Below are positions 25,951 to 37,946 of a DNA stretch of 64,000 bases, in pieces. Made by a program: the position numbers and the translations under genes. The stretch lies in the IMG/VR virus record IMGVR_UViG_3300037054_000148, positions 249,598 through 313,597 of that record. One strand, given 5' to 3'. Under the pieces are notes generated by a model. The model did not search any database. It had not been told where the DNA came from and saw nothing but the letters and a program-made list of their open reading frames with translations. The stretch's first letter is position 1. The number at the start of each line of letters is the position of its first letter.

Positions 25951-28900
25951 ATGGCCTTAACACTCTCTGCCGCAACGACTGATAAACAAAATGTGCTTCT
26001 GACGCTAAATGCTGATAACGAGGGGGCAATTGTAAGGATTGCGGCCTTGCAAACAGCCTATCTGATAACCCTGACGGCTGTGAATCCGGCCAGCACGGTT
26101 AGCTGGGGCCTCTTTCTAAACCCCTCCTGGTTGACCTTAGAGACAAACTCTGCAACTAATACGGCTCAGGTGAAATTCACCAGCCCCAGTGCTGACACTA
26201 GATTGTTCCAGTGCTATGTGAAAGCGGACGATGGGGTAACCCAAACGTATTATCCATTGGCCATTGAAGTTCTAGAGTCGCTATCCATCGTGGTTTCGGG
26301 TAGGACAAATAACTACTTAGCCTACGATTCCGCCGCCACCCCTGTCACACTTCAGGCACTGGGCTTGAACGGCACTCCCATTTCTAACGGACAAGTGAGC
26401 TACGTCACACCCATAGGGTTGCCGAACGGCCTCTCGCTCATCACCGCAGACGGGAACTCCGCCTCGCTTCAGGTTACCCAGCCGAACATCAACTCCATCT
26501 CCGGAGGGGTCACAGCCTCCTCTCCCGCTACCTATGATTTTCTCGCCTTCTGCCCTGGCACTCTTTACGATTCCCTGACCTACCCATACGATCTTAGTCT
26601 AGTGGTCGGCACTCTGGCAACCAAAGTGGGTATCCTAGATGCTGCGATGTCCTGCTATTTTGACAACACGAATCACTATATGGTACTCAACATCCAATCT
26701 GATTATTTGGATGGACTGGGCGGGGGCCTAGCTTTCAATTGGAACACCTCTGGCACAGCTACGGGTATCGTTACCGATGGGGGAACCTCCACTTCTTCCT
26801 TTATGAATTGGACCCCAACTACGGCTGGAACCATTCAATTCCAAGTGGCAGTGCAGGATTCTGTAACAGGGAATACCATTACCAACCTCAACTTCGGCCC
26901 CTTCCAAGTCGGCCCAGCTAGCGGAGTTTGGACTTCTACAAGTGCCATTAAATTACAAGTGGATGCGCCATTTAAAACTGGCCCTGCGGGGAGTTCTGTG
27001 CCATTCATTGTTTCTGTTCCTACAGGAGAATTCCAGGGTGGGGAGACAATTAACGTCACGGTAAGCCTCATTTCAGCTAACGGCGAACCTGCCATCACCC
27101 CCCCATCCACGTTCGCTCTAACATCTATTGCTCCCTCCAGCACCTTTAATTTGACTATTCCCGCCAATGCTCAATTTAAGGGTAAGTGGACTGTGGTCGC
27201 CACAGCGAACAATAGCCTCATCTCCCCAACTCGAACCGGGCAGTTGAGCACCGTATTGCTCTCAACTGGGCTTCCAACATTCAGCATCAATAATAATGCC
27301 ATTATCACTCTAAATCAAGTAACCGGAAGCAATATCACCCCAGTGTCTCTGGTGGCCACCAATAGTGGAACCCTGCAACCTATCACCGATGTGAAGTTCT
27401 CCTTGGTAAACGCCCCTCCAGGACTCTCCATTGTAAACAACCAAATCGTAGGGGCTGTCCCCCAGGTGGGGAGTTTTAATTTCCAAGTAATGGGAACCGA
27501 GCCCAACTACTCCAATTCATTCACAAACGTGTCTTTGGTTGTCACCGGCTCTGCCTCCCCGCTTACGATTACTAGTTTTGGCTCCACCGTTGCCCAAACT
27601 CCGGATAATACACAGTTCAACGTCAACTGGGGGGTTACTGGTTCCCCAGTCTCTCTAACGCTTCAGAGAAATGCGGATGTTCCTCTCAGTGTTCTCAATT
27701 CGGTACAGAGCACTCAGACCATTGTCGGCACGAGTGTGTTCACCCTCATAGGGTCAGATTACCGCACCAGCGTCTATTCGATCCCATCCATCGTGGTTTC
27801 TAATAGCTCTGTCAACGCCACACAGCTTTCGGGAGCCCCCGCTATTGCGGAGATTGATGACTCCAATTTACTGACCATTATCTGGAACCCCCCACAGGTT
27901 AACAATGCCTACAATCTTTACTTGGGTTGGAACATTCAGCTATCTGATAATGGGGCTGCTCCGGTTCAGATTTTAAATAAATCAGGTCTACCACCCACCG
28001 GGTTAGAAATCAGCACTGCTACAAACGACTCTCGACTCTTCACCTACCAGCTAGCTAACAATGATAGCTATACGATGAACATGACGGCTCTGTCATCCAA
28101 TCGTGGGGCTATTCTAGACTCCAACCCATGGTCCCAATTCTTGGCGTTCCCTGGACCAGTGAACAACTCTCTGGTGAGCCTGAGCAGTTCAACTTTATCT
28201 ATTAGTCAGTCCCTTACCATCACTTTAAGTCAGTCTTATGCTGCCGCCGACTATTGGCGTATTACCTACAGTGATGGAACAAATACCGGATGGCTCCCAA
28301 TCAGTCAGAAAACCCAGGCCAAGGCGTTCAACACCCCTGGAAGTCAGACTATTTTTGTCGAATTTTCAAATGACTTTTCCACCCTCACCCCTCCAATTTA
28401 CCTTCGCCGTTCCCTAGCTCTTAGCGTTTTTGTTCAAAATCAGGTCTATAACTCTACCACCGCAGGCGTGATCGGAACTGGGAATGTGGGACTAGGAGGT
28501 GAGGCAGGATTTGAAATTGCCTCTTCCAGTAGCTCTACTTACAAACCCCAGCCCTACATGGTCATTGTTAAGGCCCTGGTACAGGACAATATGACCCAAG
28601 AATTAAAAATTCTGGTAGCCACGAGCCGAACCAACAACGCCTCCTCGCTGTTAAACACCATGTCAGCGGATGTGTTCCCTATTGTTTACCGCCCAAATCT
28701 CAAAGATTTGATTATTCCACCACTGAACTTCTCTTCCAACTTAGCCCTAGTTACCCCTGTATCCATTGCTACTACAGCCCTTCCAGACGCTATCGTGGGT
28801 CAGCCGATGGCAGAAGTCCAGCTTTCGGCTTCGGGCGGAACCGCACCCTACGACTGGTACTCCGATTCACTCCCATTTGGGTTAAACTTGTCTCTAGATG

Positions 28901-31900
28901 GAACGCTCAGTGGGACTCCACTGACTGTAGGAGTCTATAACATCAACTTCTCCGTGCAAGACGCCACTGTCCCAGCTTTCATTGCTGAGGCCACAGTGAT
29001 GCTCACGATTGAGTCAGATCTAGCTGTTCAAGTCATCACTCCTCCATCAGCTAGAGTAGGGACATATTACCAGTCTCAACTTACGGCTACGGGGGGGCTC
29101 CCACCTTACTCTTGGAATGTAGTAGATGGTGCGCTACCTCTTGGACTCTCTCTTGATGCTGGGACTGGTTTGATCAGCGGCTACCCCGTCACTTACAATT
29201 CAGATTCTGATTTTGACACTCCGTTTGTTTTTGTCACGGAAGTAGTGGATTCCATAGGTTCTTACTCTTCGGTCAGTTTCTCCATGAGTTTGCTGCCGAT
29301 GAATCTAACTCTAGGGAATATGGATCAAACCATCATCTCCGAGGGAATGGATTTCAAGATGGCCATTCCGGTCTTTGGGGGTCGAAGCCCTTATACTATC
29401 GCCTCCTTCACTTCTGATAATTCCATTGGAAACGCCCTATCAATTATCTCCCCAGAGGCCGTGGATGTGGTTTCGGGACTTGGAACTCCTGCTCTCACCA
29501 TCATGACCGGAGATCAGGTGTTTAGCCCAACCGCTTATCCATATGTTGTCTCCTTCCCGCTTTCAGCTACGGGTGGAGTGGCCCCCTATGTGTGGAGTCT
29601 GGACATCTCCACCCCCTCACTTAATACAATTTTGAGCCCCATTGTCAGTGCTTCTCTAGCAGGCGGCACCTTCCTTGCAGATGGGGCTTACGCCATTGTA
29701 GCCCATGTGGTGGACCAGACCGGAGCCTCTGTCTCCAAGATCATCAATTTGACCTCTACTCTCAAGGGTGGGTCAGGCGGAACTGGACCCTCTGCTCTTG
29801 AGTATGTCATCATCAACAAGAACAGCAGTTCTTATACGACTGATTGGACTTTCACTCCCCTGAGTAACCTGCCAGATGCCCAGCAGGGGTCTCCCTACCT
29901 TCCACCATCACTCCCCGGATCTTTCTTTGGGATTGCCGTGTGGAACCCAACTTCCAACCAAATTTATGATCTTCGAACTGAGGCTACCCAGATTCAATTC
30001 ACTAACCTCTACTCTACGGTTGGTGGGGCAGGGCAGTCCAATAACAGTAAGTTTATTGTGGATGCTACGGCAACTGGTCTAGGCCAGGGTTTTTCTGGAA
30101 TCCTGCAATCTCTCTTCTCCACTTCGAATAGCACTCTGGTAGACCCCACCACCGGAGCCCCTTATCCCGCTCAATGGCAGGATATTTATGATCCGATCAT
30201 CACCGTCCATCAGCCCAATCTACCAGCCGATCAGCAAGTCTACACGTGGAGTATCGGTGGGGCTACCACCATTCCCTATCCCACTTTCTCCGGAATCAAC
30301 TCTGCCGGGGAGACAGTCGTAGGGCCAGTGGTGACGACCTCCACCGGAACCGTTAACTTGGTCCCCACTACCCTGCTGACCAGTTTCTTCACCACTCCAG
30401 CTTTAGCAGCGTCTAATCCCTATGTGCTAGAGATCGTCGCAACTGATACCAACGCCAATACCTACTCTACCCAATTTGCTTTCTACCCAGTCGCTGGTGG
30501 GACCATAACCAGCACTCAAACCAGTGGAAAGACTGTGGTTAACGAAGTGTTCCCAGGCATCTCCCTCCTGACCCCCAGTGAAGCTGGAGCTATTAGTTCT
30601 GGTGCAGTGGCGCAGAGTGTGACCTCTCAGCAGAGTGGGGTTACCACTCCTTACTTCCCCATGGGGGTAGCCTACTACCAGGGTGACTATTCAAATCTGG
30701 CCCACACTCAAATGAGAGCAGCCGATATGGCAGCCATCACCCCCACTCAGGGTGTCACCACTACGGCTCTGGGCTCCAATCCTTACACATTCGTCATTTT
30801 GGATGACATCGGAACTTCACCTTCAAACTCCACCATAAGCAACCTTGGGAACTTCACGTTAGGCACTGTGGTAACAAATAACAATTTATCCAAGGAAATG
30901 AGTGTGCATTGCTCCGTTCTGGGAGGGGGAGGTGGGAATACCACCACTCCTGTTGTCACCATTACCACCGTGCAGGGGGATACTCTGAATGCAGCCGCAC
31001 TGGGGTATCAGGCCAACACAACTTACGTGAATTGGTTCTATATCCTGAATGCCACTGGTGGGACCGCCCCCTACACATTCTCTCTGGTAAATGGCACCAC
31101 CTTCCCAGGTGTGACGGTCCACAACAACCAGACCACCACCACTTTCCTCAACCCTACTGGAACCTCCGCGCAGACCCCATATACCGGATCCTTCTTGCTG
31201 GTTAACAGCCTTCCAACCGTATCGGCCAATTCCTTAAACTCAACCCTCAACTACACAGTTCAGGTTCGAGCGACCGATGCGAATGGTAATCAATCTACGG
31301 TCGCTACCGTCCCCTTCACAGTTATCCCAATGACTACTTCAAGCTCCGGTTTGGCTCCGGCCCTTCAAACTCTGACCAATACGCTGACCGGTGGACCACT
31401 CTGGGCTGGGGTGAATGTGGCTCCTCTCGCACAATCCATCACCCTCAGCACCAACGCCACATGGACTCTAGACAGCCAGCTTCCGGCTGGATTATTGCTG
31501 GCAGACCCAAGCGGAACCGTTCTGATGCATGGAACCTCCATTTCCGGAGGGGGTAATGCCACGGCCATATACAATCAGACTATCCAATTGATTGGGACTC
31601 CAATTAACACGGCAAACGTGACGGTGAATCTGACTGCCACGGCTCCTGGCTACTCCCCGTTCACTATTGCCCTCCCTCTGACCATCAATCCGCAGACTGC
31701 CACAATCAATATCACCAGCGGAGGGTTGGCTCAGCCTAACACAACCTACAGCCTGTCTCAGGGTAGCCCCTTTGTCAGTCTGCATGTTGAAGGTTTCCTT
31801 TCGACCGCTTCTCCGGCTCCCAGCCTCATTACAAATCTAGGCACCCTGAGCAACCCCGTGGTAGTAAATGTGACGAATATCTATAACTCTTCGTACGCAC

Positions 31901-32751
31901 AGACTTATGATTTGTTCTACACCTTCACCACAGCCTCTGTAGGTGGAACCGGAACTTTCTCCATCCAAAATGCCGGAAGCATAACTGGCTCGACCAGCTT
32001 TACGGTCGCACCTCCCGCTTTGGCAGCCCAAGGAAATACGGTTGCGTTCACTGTCTCTGAGTATACCTCCGCTAACTTCACCATTTCGACTCCCCCTCTG
32101 ACGATTACCGGAGGGACCGCACCTTACGGAGCAATCTGCACCGTAGTAAGCAACCCCACTTACTTTGCTATCGATAGCAACGGTAGACCTTACTTCAAGG
32201 TGGATCTTGGTCTTCCTGGAAACACCTATACGACCAACGTCACCTATCAGGTTGCAGACAGTAGCGGTGTGCCACTGATTACCAGTGCAGTAGCCACCCT
32301 CTCAGTCTATATGCAGCCCGAAACCATGAATACCGTTCAGTTTGTTTCTGCGACTCATGCGTTCACAGTTGGGCAATCTACAGTTTATTCAACGGCTGAG
32401 TGCATTCATGTCCAGCTTGGTCATCCCCCATTTACTTGGAGTATCACCTCTATCTCGATGAGTCCAGGGGCCAGCGCCTTCATCAAGGCCAGCCCATCCA
32501 ATGAACTCCTTGTAGTCAATAACTCTGCCTATCCTGTGAACTACCAGGATTATGCTCCGACTGATAACATCATCGGACTTTGGAACGGAGGGGTGCAATT
32601 ATCCGGTCAGACAGGTCAGACTTTCACAATCCCAGCTTATGTGGGAGCCCCAACCGCAGGGGTTTACACCGTCACCCTTGGCATTACTGTTGTTGATTCA
32701 ACTGGAGTTTCCACTAGTGGGGTCGGCACCATAACCGTGATTGTGGCTTAA
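25951..32751 (+). CDS. Giant putative-Ig (He_PIG-like) repeat virion protein
   Basis: 2266 aa; repeated LSASGGTAPYxW..LP.GL.L..G.LSG.P units; S/T/G/V-rich. Confidence 0.85.
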   Translation: MALTLSAATTDKQNVLLTLNADNEGAIVRIAALQTAYLITLTAVNPASTVSWGLFLNPSWLTLETNSATNTAQVKFTSPSADTRLFQCYVKADDGVTQTYYPLAIEVLESLSIVVSGRTNNYLAYDSAATPVTLQALGLNGTPISNGQVSYVTPIGLPNGLSLITADGNSASLQVTQPNINSISGGVTASSPATYDFLAFCPGTLYDSLTYPYDLSLVVGTLATKVGILDAAMSCYFDNTNHYMVLNIQSDYLDGLGGGLAFNWNTSGTATGIVTDGGTSTSSFMNWTPTTAGTIQFQVAVQDSVTGNTITNLNFGPFQVGPASGVWTSTSAIKLQVDAPFKTGPAGSSVPFIVSVPTGEFQGGETINVTVSLISANGEPAITPPSTFALTSIAPSSTFNLTIPANAQFKGKWTVVATANNSLISPTRTGQLSTVLLSTGLPTFSINNNAIITLNQVTGSNITPVSLVATNSGTLQPITDVKFSLVNAPPGLSIVNNQIVGAVPQVGSFNFQVMGTEPNYSNSFTNVSLVVTGSASPLTITSFGSTVAQTPDNTQFNVNWGVTGSPVSLTLQRNADVPLSVLNSVQSTQTIVGTSVFTLIGSDYRTSVYSIPSIVVSNSSVNATQLSGAPAIAEIDDSNLLTIIWNPPQVNNAYNLYLGWNIQLSDNGAAPVQILNKSGLPPTGLEISTATNDSRLFTYQLANNDSYTMNMTALSSNRGAILDSNPWSQFLAFPGPVNNSLVSLSSSTLSISQSLTITLSQSYAAADYWRITYSDGTNTGWLPISQKTQAKAFNTPGSQTIFVEFSNDFSTLTPPIYLRRSLALSVFVQNQVYNSTTAGVIGTGNVGLGGEAGFEIASSSSSTYKPQPYMVIVKALVQDNMTQELKILVATSRTNNASSLLNTMSADVFPIVYRPNLKDLIIPPLNFSSNLALVTPVSIATTALPDAIVGQPMAEVQLSASGGTAPYDWYSDSLPFGLNLSLDGTLSGTPLTVGVYNINFSVQDATVPAFIAEATVMLTIESDLAVQVITPPSARVGTYYQSQLTATGGLPPYSWNVVDGALPLGLSLDAGTGLISGYPVTYNSDSDFDTPFVFVTEVVDSIGSYSSVSFSMSLLPMNLTLGNMDQTIISEGMDFKMAIPVFGGRSPYTIASFTSDNSIGNALSIISPEAVDVVSGLGTPALTIMTGDQVFSPTAYPYVVSFPLSATGGVAPYVWSLDISTPSLNTILSPIVSASLAGGTFLADGAYAIVAHVVDQTGASVSKIINLTSTLKGGSGGTGPSALEYVIINKNSSSYTTDWTFTPLSNLPDAQQGSPYLPPSLPGSFFGIAVWNPTSNQIYDLRTEATQIQFTNLYSTVGGAGQSNNSKFIVDATATGLGQGFSGILQSLFSTSNSTLVDPTTGAPYPAQWQDIYDPIITVHQPNLPADQQVYTWSIGGATTIPYPTFSGINSAGETVVGPVVTTSTGTVNLVPTTLLTSFFTTPALAASNPYVLEIVATDTNANTYSTQFAFYPVAGGTITSTQTSGKTVVNEVFPGISLLTPSEAGAISSGAVAQSVTSQQSGVTTPYFPMGVAYYQGDYSNLAHTQMRAADMAAITPTQGVTTTALGSNPYTFVILDDIGTSPSNSTISNLGNFTLGTVVTNNNLSKEMSVHCSVLGGGGGNTTTPVVTITTVQGDTLNAAALGYQANTTYVNWFYILNATGGTAPYTFSLVNGTTFPGVTVHNNQTTTTFLNPTGTSAQTPYTGSFLLVNSLPTVSANSLNSTLNYTVQVRATDANGNQSTVATVPFTVIPMTTSSSGLAPALQTLTNTLTGGPLWAGVNVAPLAQSITLSTNATWTLDSQLPAGLLLADPSGTVLMHGTSISGGGNATAIYNQTIQLIGTPINTANVTVNLTATAPGYSPFTIALPLTINPQTATINITSGGLAQPNTTYSLSQGSPFVSLHVEGFLSTASPAPSLITNLGTLSNPVVVNVTNIYNSSYAQTYDLFYTFTTASVGGTGTFSIQNAGSITGSTSFTVAPPALAAQGNTVAFTVSEYTSANFTISTPPLTITGGTAPYGAICTVVSNPTYFAIDSNGRPYFKVDLGLPGNTYTTNVTYQVADSSGVPLITSAVATLSVYMQPETMNTVQFVSATHAFTVGQSTVYSTAECIHVQLGHPPFTWSITSISMSPGASAFIKASPSNELLVVNNSAYPVNYQDYAPTDNIIGLWNGGVQLSGQTGQTFTIPAYVGAPTAGVYTVTLGITVVDSTGVSTSGVGTITVIVA

Positions 32752-32789
32752 ACAAACGGATTTTCGACATCCTTAATAGAAGGCATCCG

Positions 32790-35700
32790 ATGACTCAGAT
32801 TTTGCGCCCAGTAACTGAAACCACTAATGACGGGTTTTATTTTGATCCTACCTTGCATCCAGCGAGTGTAGTGGTTAGCCCTCCGGGGGGAAATGAATTC
32901 CCGTTCACCAGTGGGGGATGGTGGTATAGCTCCTCCCTTCCGGCTGGGCAAGTCTCTCCTTTCGGCGTAAATGGGCAAATCATAAACCCTTGGGCCACCA
33001 ATTTAAACTCTAACATTTTGGTTCAACAGTATCACACTGGGTTCAAAGCCTTAGCAGCCCCTGCATCTGTTCAGGGAATGAATACTAAGGAGGTCATTTA
33101 TGGGTCGTTTCCAGTCTTAACCGATAGCTGGACAGATGGGCTATTGTCAGTAGTTTGCGGCTACAACGCGATTGCGGCCCTAAAGACCGATGACACTGTT
33201 CCAGTTATGAATTTGGAATATTCTATTGACAACGGCAACACCTGGACCTCCATCACCAGCTTGTCTTGGCCCACCACTTCTGATAATACTGGCCTGAGTG
33301 GGGGACTCTATTGGTGCTATCTGGTGGAGACTCTTGGTCCGAACACGGTTATTTCCCATGGTACAAGCCTTCCCAACGGGTCTGTTCAGCCATGGTGGGG
33401 CATCACATCAGGAAACCAGTACGACACCACCATACCCGGCATTACGGCTCTGGAAGTAGCCAACATCCTAGTTCGTTTCACTCTGTCTGGGGGTTACGTC
33501 CTCCCAGTAGGTTACCCTTACACGGCCAACGGAGCCCCTTATTATGTGGGGACCGGATGGCAGATTGCTGACGTCAGCCTAACCGATGCGGCCACTGTGG
33601 CTGTTCCACCTAACTCTGCCACAGGCACCACCGGGGTTTCCGGCCCCGCCAATGCAGTTACCATTACGACTGGACCCGGAGCCTTCGGACAGTCGGATCT
33701 GGACTGGCAGGTAGCTACGATGACTGGAAATGTAGTGACAGGAACCTATATTCCAACAAAAGTCATGCAGCCTAACGCCTTCTGGGGAACCATCGCTGGG
33801 ACTACATGGGTCAACGCAGGAGATGGGCCTATTCCGTCCACTTCAGCCACTCATGTGGGGGGTTTAAACACCCGCTACCGCTATCAGACAACTTTCCTCC
33901 TGCCCAGCAACTTCTCTACAGCCAGTTTAAACTTAGCGTTGCTGTGCTCTGATTACTCCCCACGAATCGCCTTGAACGGCAATGTAATCGGAACTCAATC
34001 GGCCATCACTAATAACGCCCCCAACCCCAACCCTGTGGCCCCTCCGGCTACTTTCGCGGCCTCCACGGGCTTTGTGACTGGCACCAATATTTTAGAAATT
34101 GATGTTCAGAATGGAGGAGACTGGACAGGACTAGATGTCTTGGCCCAAGTGGATTACCAGTTGAGTTCATCTTCCCTCTCAGGAAGCGGGATCACAACCC
34201 CAAGCACCACGGTCGGACTTGTAGCCGTGGGGGGCACCGCACCCTATGGTTTCTCCATCGTGTATTCTGATCCTCAGACGACTCTTCCAGACCCAACAAG
34301 CAACGCCAGCATTGTGAGTATTAGCGGTCAGCCCTACCTACAAATTGATGGATCTTACGTCCCAGCCGGAACTTACACGATTCGTGTTCATGTTGTGGAT
34401 ACAGAAGGGGACTCAAACGATCAAATTGTTCCTGTCAATGTGCTGAGTAACACGAAATTCAATATCCTGAATGAGTCCATTGCGGTTGTTCCCGCCTCTT
34501 TCCCCTACACAGCTTCCCTAGAGTTGGAGCAGTATGGGGGGTCAGGCTCTGTGACTTGGAATATCCTACCGGCCTCAACTACAGTTGCTTCCGCCCTAGT
34601 TGAGGCTGCGGCTCTAAGCTACACGGTTAACGGATTTGGGACTTACCATATCGGACTGGTTGCAGTCGATTCTCTGGGCAATACCACCTCTAAGATCATT
34701 GCTATCATTGCCACCTCTGATACAGGGTATAAATTAGTGGACGGGCAAATCGAAATCCTATTTGTTGATGAGGCTGGAATAAAGACCGGCTCTCATCAAT
34801 TTAACATTGGACTCTTGGATAGCGCAAGTAACACCAGCACACGAACCTACAACTACCTATTAAATACCACGGATTCTGTTATTGCCCCAGTGCCATACGC
34901 TATTAATAAGTATTGGGCAACCTCAGATACCACACCTTACAATTTCCAAATTTCTGGAAATCAGTCTGGGGTTATAATCGGGACTTCTCCAGCCGTAACC
35001 CTAGCCAATGGCCTTACGGTATACGTAGACGGCCCTTCAAAATTCATCGAAATTTCTGGACCACCCGTAACTTCTATCAATGCGATTGCCAACGTAAAGA
35101 TTCCTTTGATTCGTGCCAGTCAGGTGATTGGCACTATCAATCGCTCCTACGTCACTGTCCCTTATGCGGGGAGCAATCTAGAGAATCTAGGGGCAAATAC
35201 AGTCCAGACTGTCCCTGCGGTTGTGGGGGATTTCTTCACTCTTAATGTTCAGAAGCCCTATTTCAACTCTCCGGATAACAATAGGGATGTCACATGGTAT
35301 GTTCGAGTCCAGGCAGGGTCGTCCCTTCCAACTGGTCTAAGCCTAGATCGAAATACAGGGCTGATCTATGGGCCAGTTGAAAGTGCCAGTACTTCCCCAG
35401 GTGTTATTGAGTTTGTTAACAAGAGCGGAGTTGTTGTCGGAACCTTCACCATCAATTTCAATTTCTTTGCCAGTGACTACACCTTGATTGAAAGTCTCCC
35501 TATCGGGAAGCTTGGATCTGTGTACAATGGTTTCATAACTTCAACTTCAACCGATGCGCTGACTACGGGCTCTGTGATATATGGAAATATGCCATCCGGT
35601 CTAACTCTAACCACCAGTGGAAACACCCTGCTTGTAACCGGAACTCCAACTGAAGCTGGGTATTTTGATTTCTGGGTTAACTCCATTAGCAGCACTGGAA

Positions 35701-37937
35701 AGAAAGGTTACATCTATAAACGACTTGAGGTTACATTCATCGCCCCAATCGCCATCACTTCAACCACCATTCCTTCCGTTATTTCCACTCAGAGCTATTC
35801 TAAGCAACTTACCGCTGTGGGGGGAGTTGGGGGTTATACTTGGAGTGTGAGTTCGGGAACACTTCCCAGCGGAATTACCCTTAGTCCGACTGGTTTGCTG
35901 AGTGGGGTTTCCACAAACGTAGGATATGCACAATCCATCACTTTCACTGTGACGGATTCGGATGGTAACACTATTCATCAGGGTATCCAGGTGACGGTGG
36001 AGTCCGCTCTCACCATTCTTAATGCTTCGCCGCTACCCAACGTAGAGTTGAACGTCCCCTATTCTTTATCCCTCTTAGCTCAGGGAGGAACTGGAACTGG
36101 TTACACCTGGGGGGTCTCTCCATCCCTTCCGACCGGGCTCTCATTGAACACCAGCACTGGAGTTATCAGCGGAACAGTAGTGGGTGCCACTCTCCCCGTT
36201 CCTGCCTCAGTTTTGTATGGCATCACTATTACAGTGACGGATTCGGGTAGTAATACAGACTCTTCTCCATTCAATTTATCTGTAGTGCCGAAGCCTCCTC
36301 CTTTGGGCATTGATGTGTCTGGTGTGGGTCCAATCTCTAGAGGTGCAAACTATTCTGCTACACTAAAGGCCACCGGCTCTGGAGTCCTTCCTTATACTTG
36401 GCTATTCTCTAACCCAGCTTCCACCCCTCCTGGATTGCAAATTAATGCAAACCCTGTGGATCAAGGTGGGACCGCTTTCATCAGTGGAGTGACAACGGCT
36501 GTGTTGACCAACATATCTGTTGAAGTTACTCTGGCTGATAGCGCAGGGGGTTTGGTTAACGGTTATGTGATTCTGACTTCTGTGCCTAGCGTAGAGATTC
36601 TCACCCCTGGACCAAGCCTTCCACAAGGACAAGCGGGGTCCAACTACTCCTTCAATCTCTCTGGGAGGAGTGCTAATTTACCCTTGACCTGGGCCACAAC
36701 AACTCCCCTACCCCCTGGGATGTCCATGAACTCAGCGGGAACTATTACGGCTGGTAACATTACGGCTGCGACTGGAACCTACAATGTCACCTTCCAATTA
36801 ACGGATGGGATAGCGGATACAGCGACTACCACCTTTAGTATCCAAATTGTAAACACAACGTTAGCCATCACTACCACATCGCTTCCAATCATCCCCAATG
36901 GCCAGCCCTTCAGTACCACATTGACTGCCACTGGAGGGAGTGGAACCGGCTATGTCTGGGAATGCTCTGATCCGGCAAGCGGGGGGCTACTGGCAAATGG
37001 TTGGACTGTTACGGTTTCGGCTACTGGAACCCTTACTGCTACTGGTGCGACTGGCTCTTACACTGTCTCGGCTACGGGAGGAAGCGGGGTCTACTCCGGC
37101 ACTGGATTGTTCCCTTGGTCCGCTCTGACCGGAACCGTCCCCGCTGTTTCCGGATTGACCAAAACGCTGTTCTACAATTATATTGGAACCGTTCAAGTCA
37201 CTGACACAATTACAAATCAAACTATCCGTGGAGTAATCAATATCCCCTTCCAGCTTTCCCCAACGGACACTTTGCCTAAGACCATCACCTCTTCACAAAC
37301 TCTTACCAATAGCTGTAATCTGGCATCTGTCCTTCCGACTGGGGTTAGTTTTTCTGAGGGTGGAATTCTAGCCACCACTGGAACGACTGCAATTTTCAAT
37401 CAGCCGGTAGAGTTTACTGTAACCGATTCAAATGGGGCTACGGTAAGCACTTCCCTGAATCTACAGGTTCAGACCATTACCCCATTGGGTGCGCTACAGA
37501 CTGGGCCAGACTACATCAATGGAACTCAGACCAGTTATCTGGGTGCTATCAGTTTGGTCCCCGGAGACATCCAGGCCATAAACCCACGACCGAATCAGAG
37601 CTTCTTTATCTATGGAAGTGTCCCCGTTGGCGTGACCGCTTCTCAGCTTAACGTCACCACTACTGTAAACAGCAATACGGGAGCTTACTCGAATGTGGTT
37701 GGGGTGGTGGACTCAATTAGCAGCACTGGAATTGTTATAATCAAACTAGTGTTTGAGGGGCTCCAGAATGGTTATATGACTAATCCTCCTCTTGGAATCC
37801 AAAGCAATTCAGTGGATATTACGCTGATTAACACCGCTAGTGGGGCTAAAGCCGTAGGAACCTTCTCATTCCAAACCATAAATCCTGGAGTATTAACAAT
37901 ATTGCAGGGCTTCTTGGCCGCTCTTCCAACTTTTTAA
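32790..37937 (+). CDS. Giant putative-Ig (He_PIG-like) repeat virion protein
   Basis: 1715 aa; many LTA.GG.G.Y.W...LP.G..L..TG.ISG repeats. Confidence 0.85.
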   Translation: MTQILRPVTETTNDGFYFDPTLHPASVVVSPPGGNEFPFTSGGWWYSSSLPAGQVSPFGVNGQIINPWATNLNSNILVQQYHTGFKALAAPASVQGMNTKEVIYGSFPVLTDSWTDGLLSVVCGYNAIAALKTDDTVPVMNLEYSIDNGNTWTSITSLSWPTTSDNTGLSGGLYWCYLVETLGPNTVISHGTSLPNGSVQPWWGITSGNQYDTTIPGITALEVANILVRFTLSGGYVLPVGYPYTANGAPYYVGTGWQIADVSLTDAATVAVPPNSATGTTGVSGPANAVTITTGPGAFGQSDLDWQVATMTGNVVTGTYIPTKVMQPNAFWGTIAGTTWVNAGDGPIPSTSATHVGGLNTRYRYQTTFLLPSNFSTASLNLALLCSDYSPRIALNGNVIGTQSAITNNAPNPNPVAPPATFAASTGFVTGTNILEIDVQNGGDWTGLDVLAQVDYQLSSSSLSGSGITTPSTTVGLVAVGGTAPYGFSIVYSDPQTTLPDPTSNASIVSISGQPYLQIDGSYVPAGTYTIRVHVVDTEGDSNDQIVPVNVLSNTKFNILNESIAVVPASFPYTASLELEQYGGSGSVTWNILPASTTVASALVEAAALSYTVNGFGTYHIGLVAVDSLGNTTSKIIAIIATSDTGYKLVDGQIEILFVDEAGIKTGSHQFNIGLLDSASNTSTRTYNYLLNTTDSVIAPVPYAINKYWATSDTTPYNFQISGNQSGVIIGTSPAVTLANGLTVYVDGPSKFIEISGPPVTSINAIANVKIPLIRASQVIGTINRSYVTVPYAGSNLENLGANTVQTVPAVVGDFFTLNVQKPYFNSPDNNRDVTWYVRVQAGSSLPTGLSLDRNTGLIYGPVESASTSPGVIEFVNKSGVVVGTFTINFNFFASDYTLIESLPIGKLGSVYNGFITSTSTDALTTGSVIYGNMPSGLTLTTSGNTLLVTGTPTEAGYFDFWVNSISSTGKKGYIYKRLEVTFIAPIAITSTTIPSVISTQSYSKQLTAVGGVGGYTWSVSSGTLPSGITLSPTGLLSGVSTNVGYAQSITFTVTDSDGNTIHQGIQVTVESALTILNASPLPNVELNVPYSLSLLAQGGTGTGYTWGVSPSLPTGLSLNTSTGVISGTVVGATLPVPASVLYGITITVTDSGSNTDSSPFNLSVVPKPPPLGIDVSGVGPISRGANYSATLKATGSGVLPYTWLFSNPASTPPGLQINANPVDQGGTAFISGVTTAVLTNISVEVTLADSAGGLVNGYVILTSVPSVEILTPGPSLPQGQAGSNYSFNLSGRSANLPLTWATTTPLPPGMSMNSAGTITAGNITAATGTYNVTFQLTDGIADTATTTFSIQIVNTTLAITTTSLPIIPNGQPFSTTLTATGGSGTGYVWECSDPASGGLLANGWTVTVSATGTLTATGATGSYTVSATGGSGVYSGTGLFPWSALTGTVPAVSGLTKTLFYNYIGTVQVTDTITNQTIRGVINIPFQLSPTDTLPKTITSSQTLTNSCNLASVLPTGVSFSEGGILATTGTTAIFNQPVEFTVTDSNGATVSTSLNLQVQTITPLGALQTGPDYINGTQTSYLGAISLVPGDIQAINPRPNQSFFIYGSVPVGVTASQLNVTTTVNSNTGAYSNVVGVVDSISSTGIVIIKLVFEGLQNGYMTNPPLGIQSNSVDITLINTASGAKAVGTFSFQTINPGVLTILQGFLAALPTF

Positions 37938-37946
37938 GAGGAATTA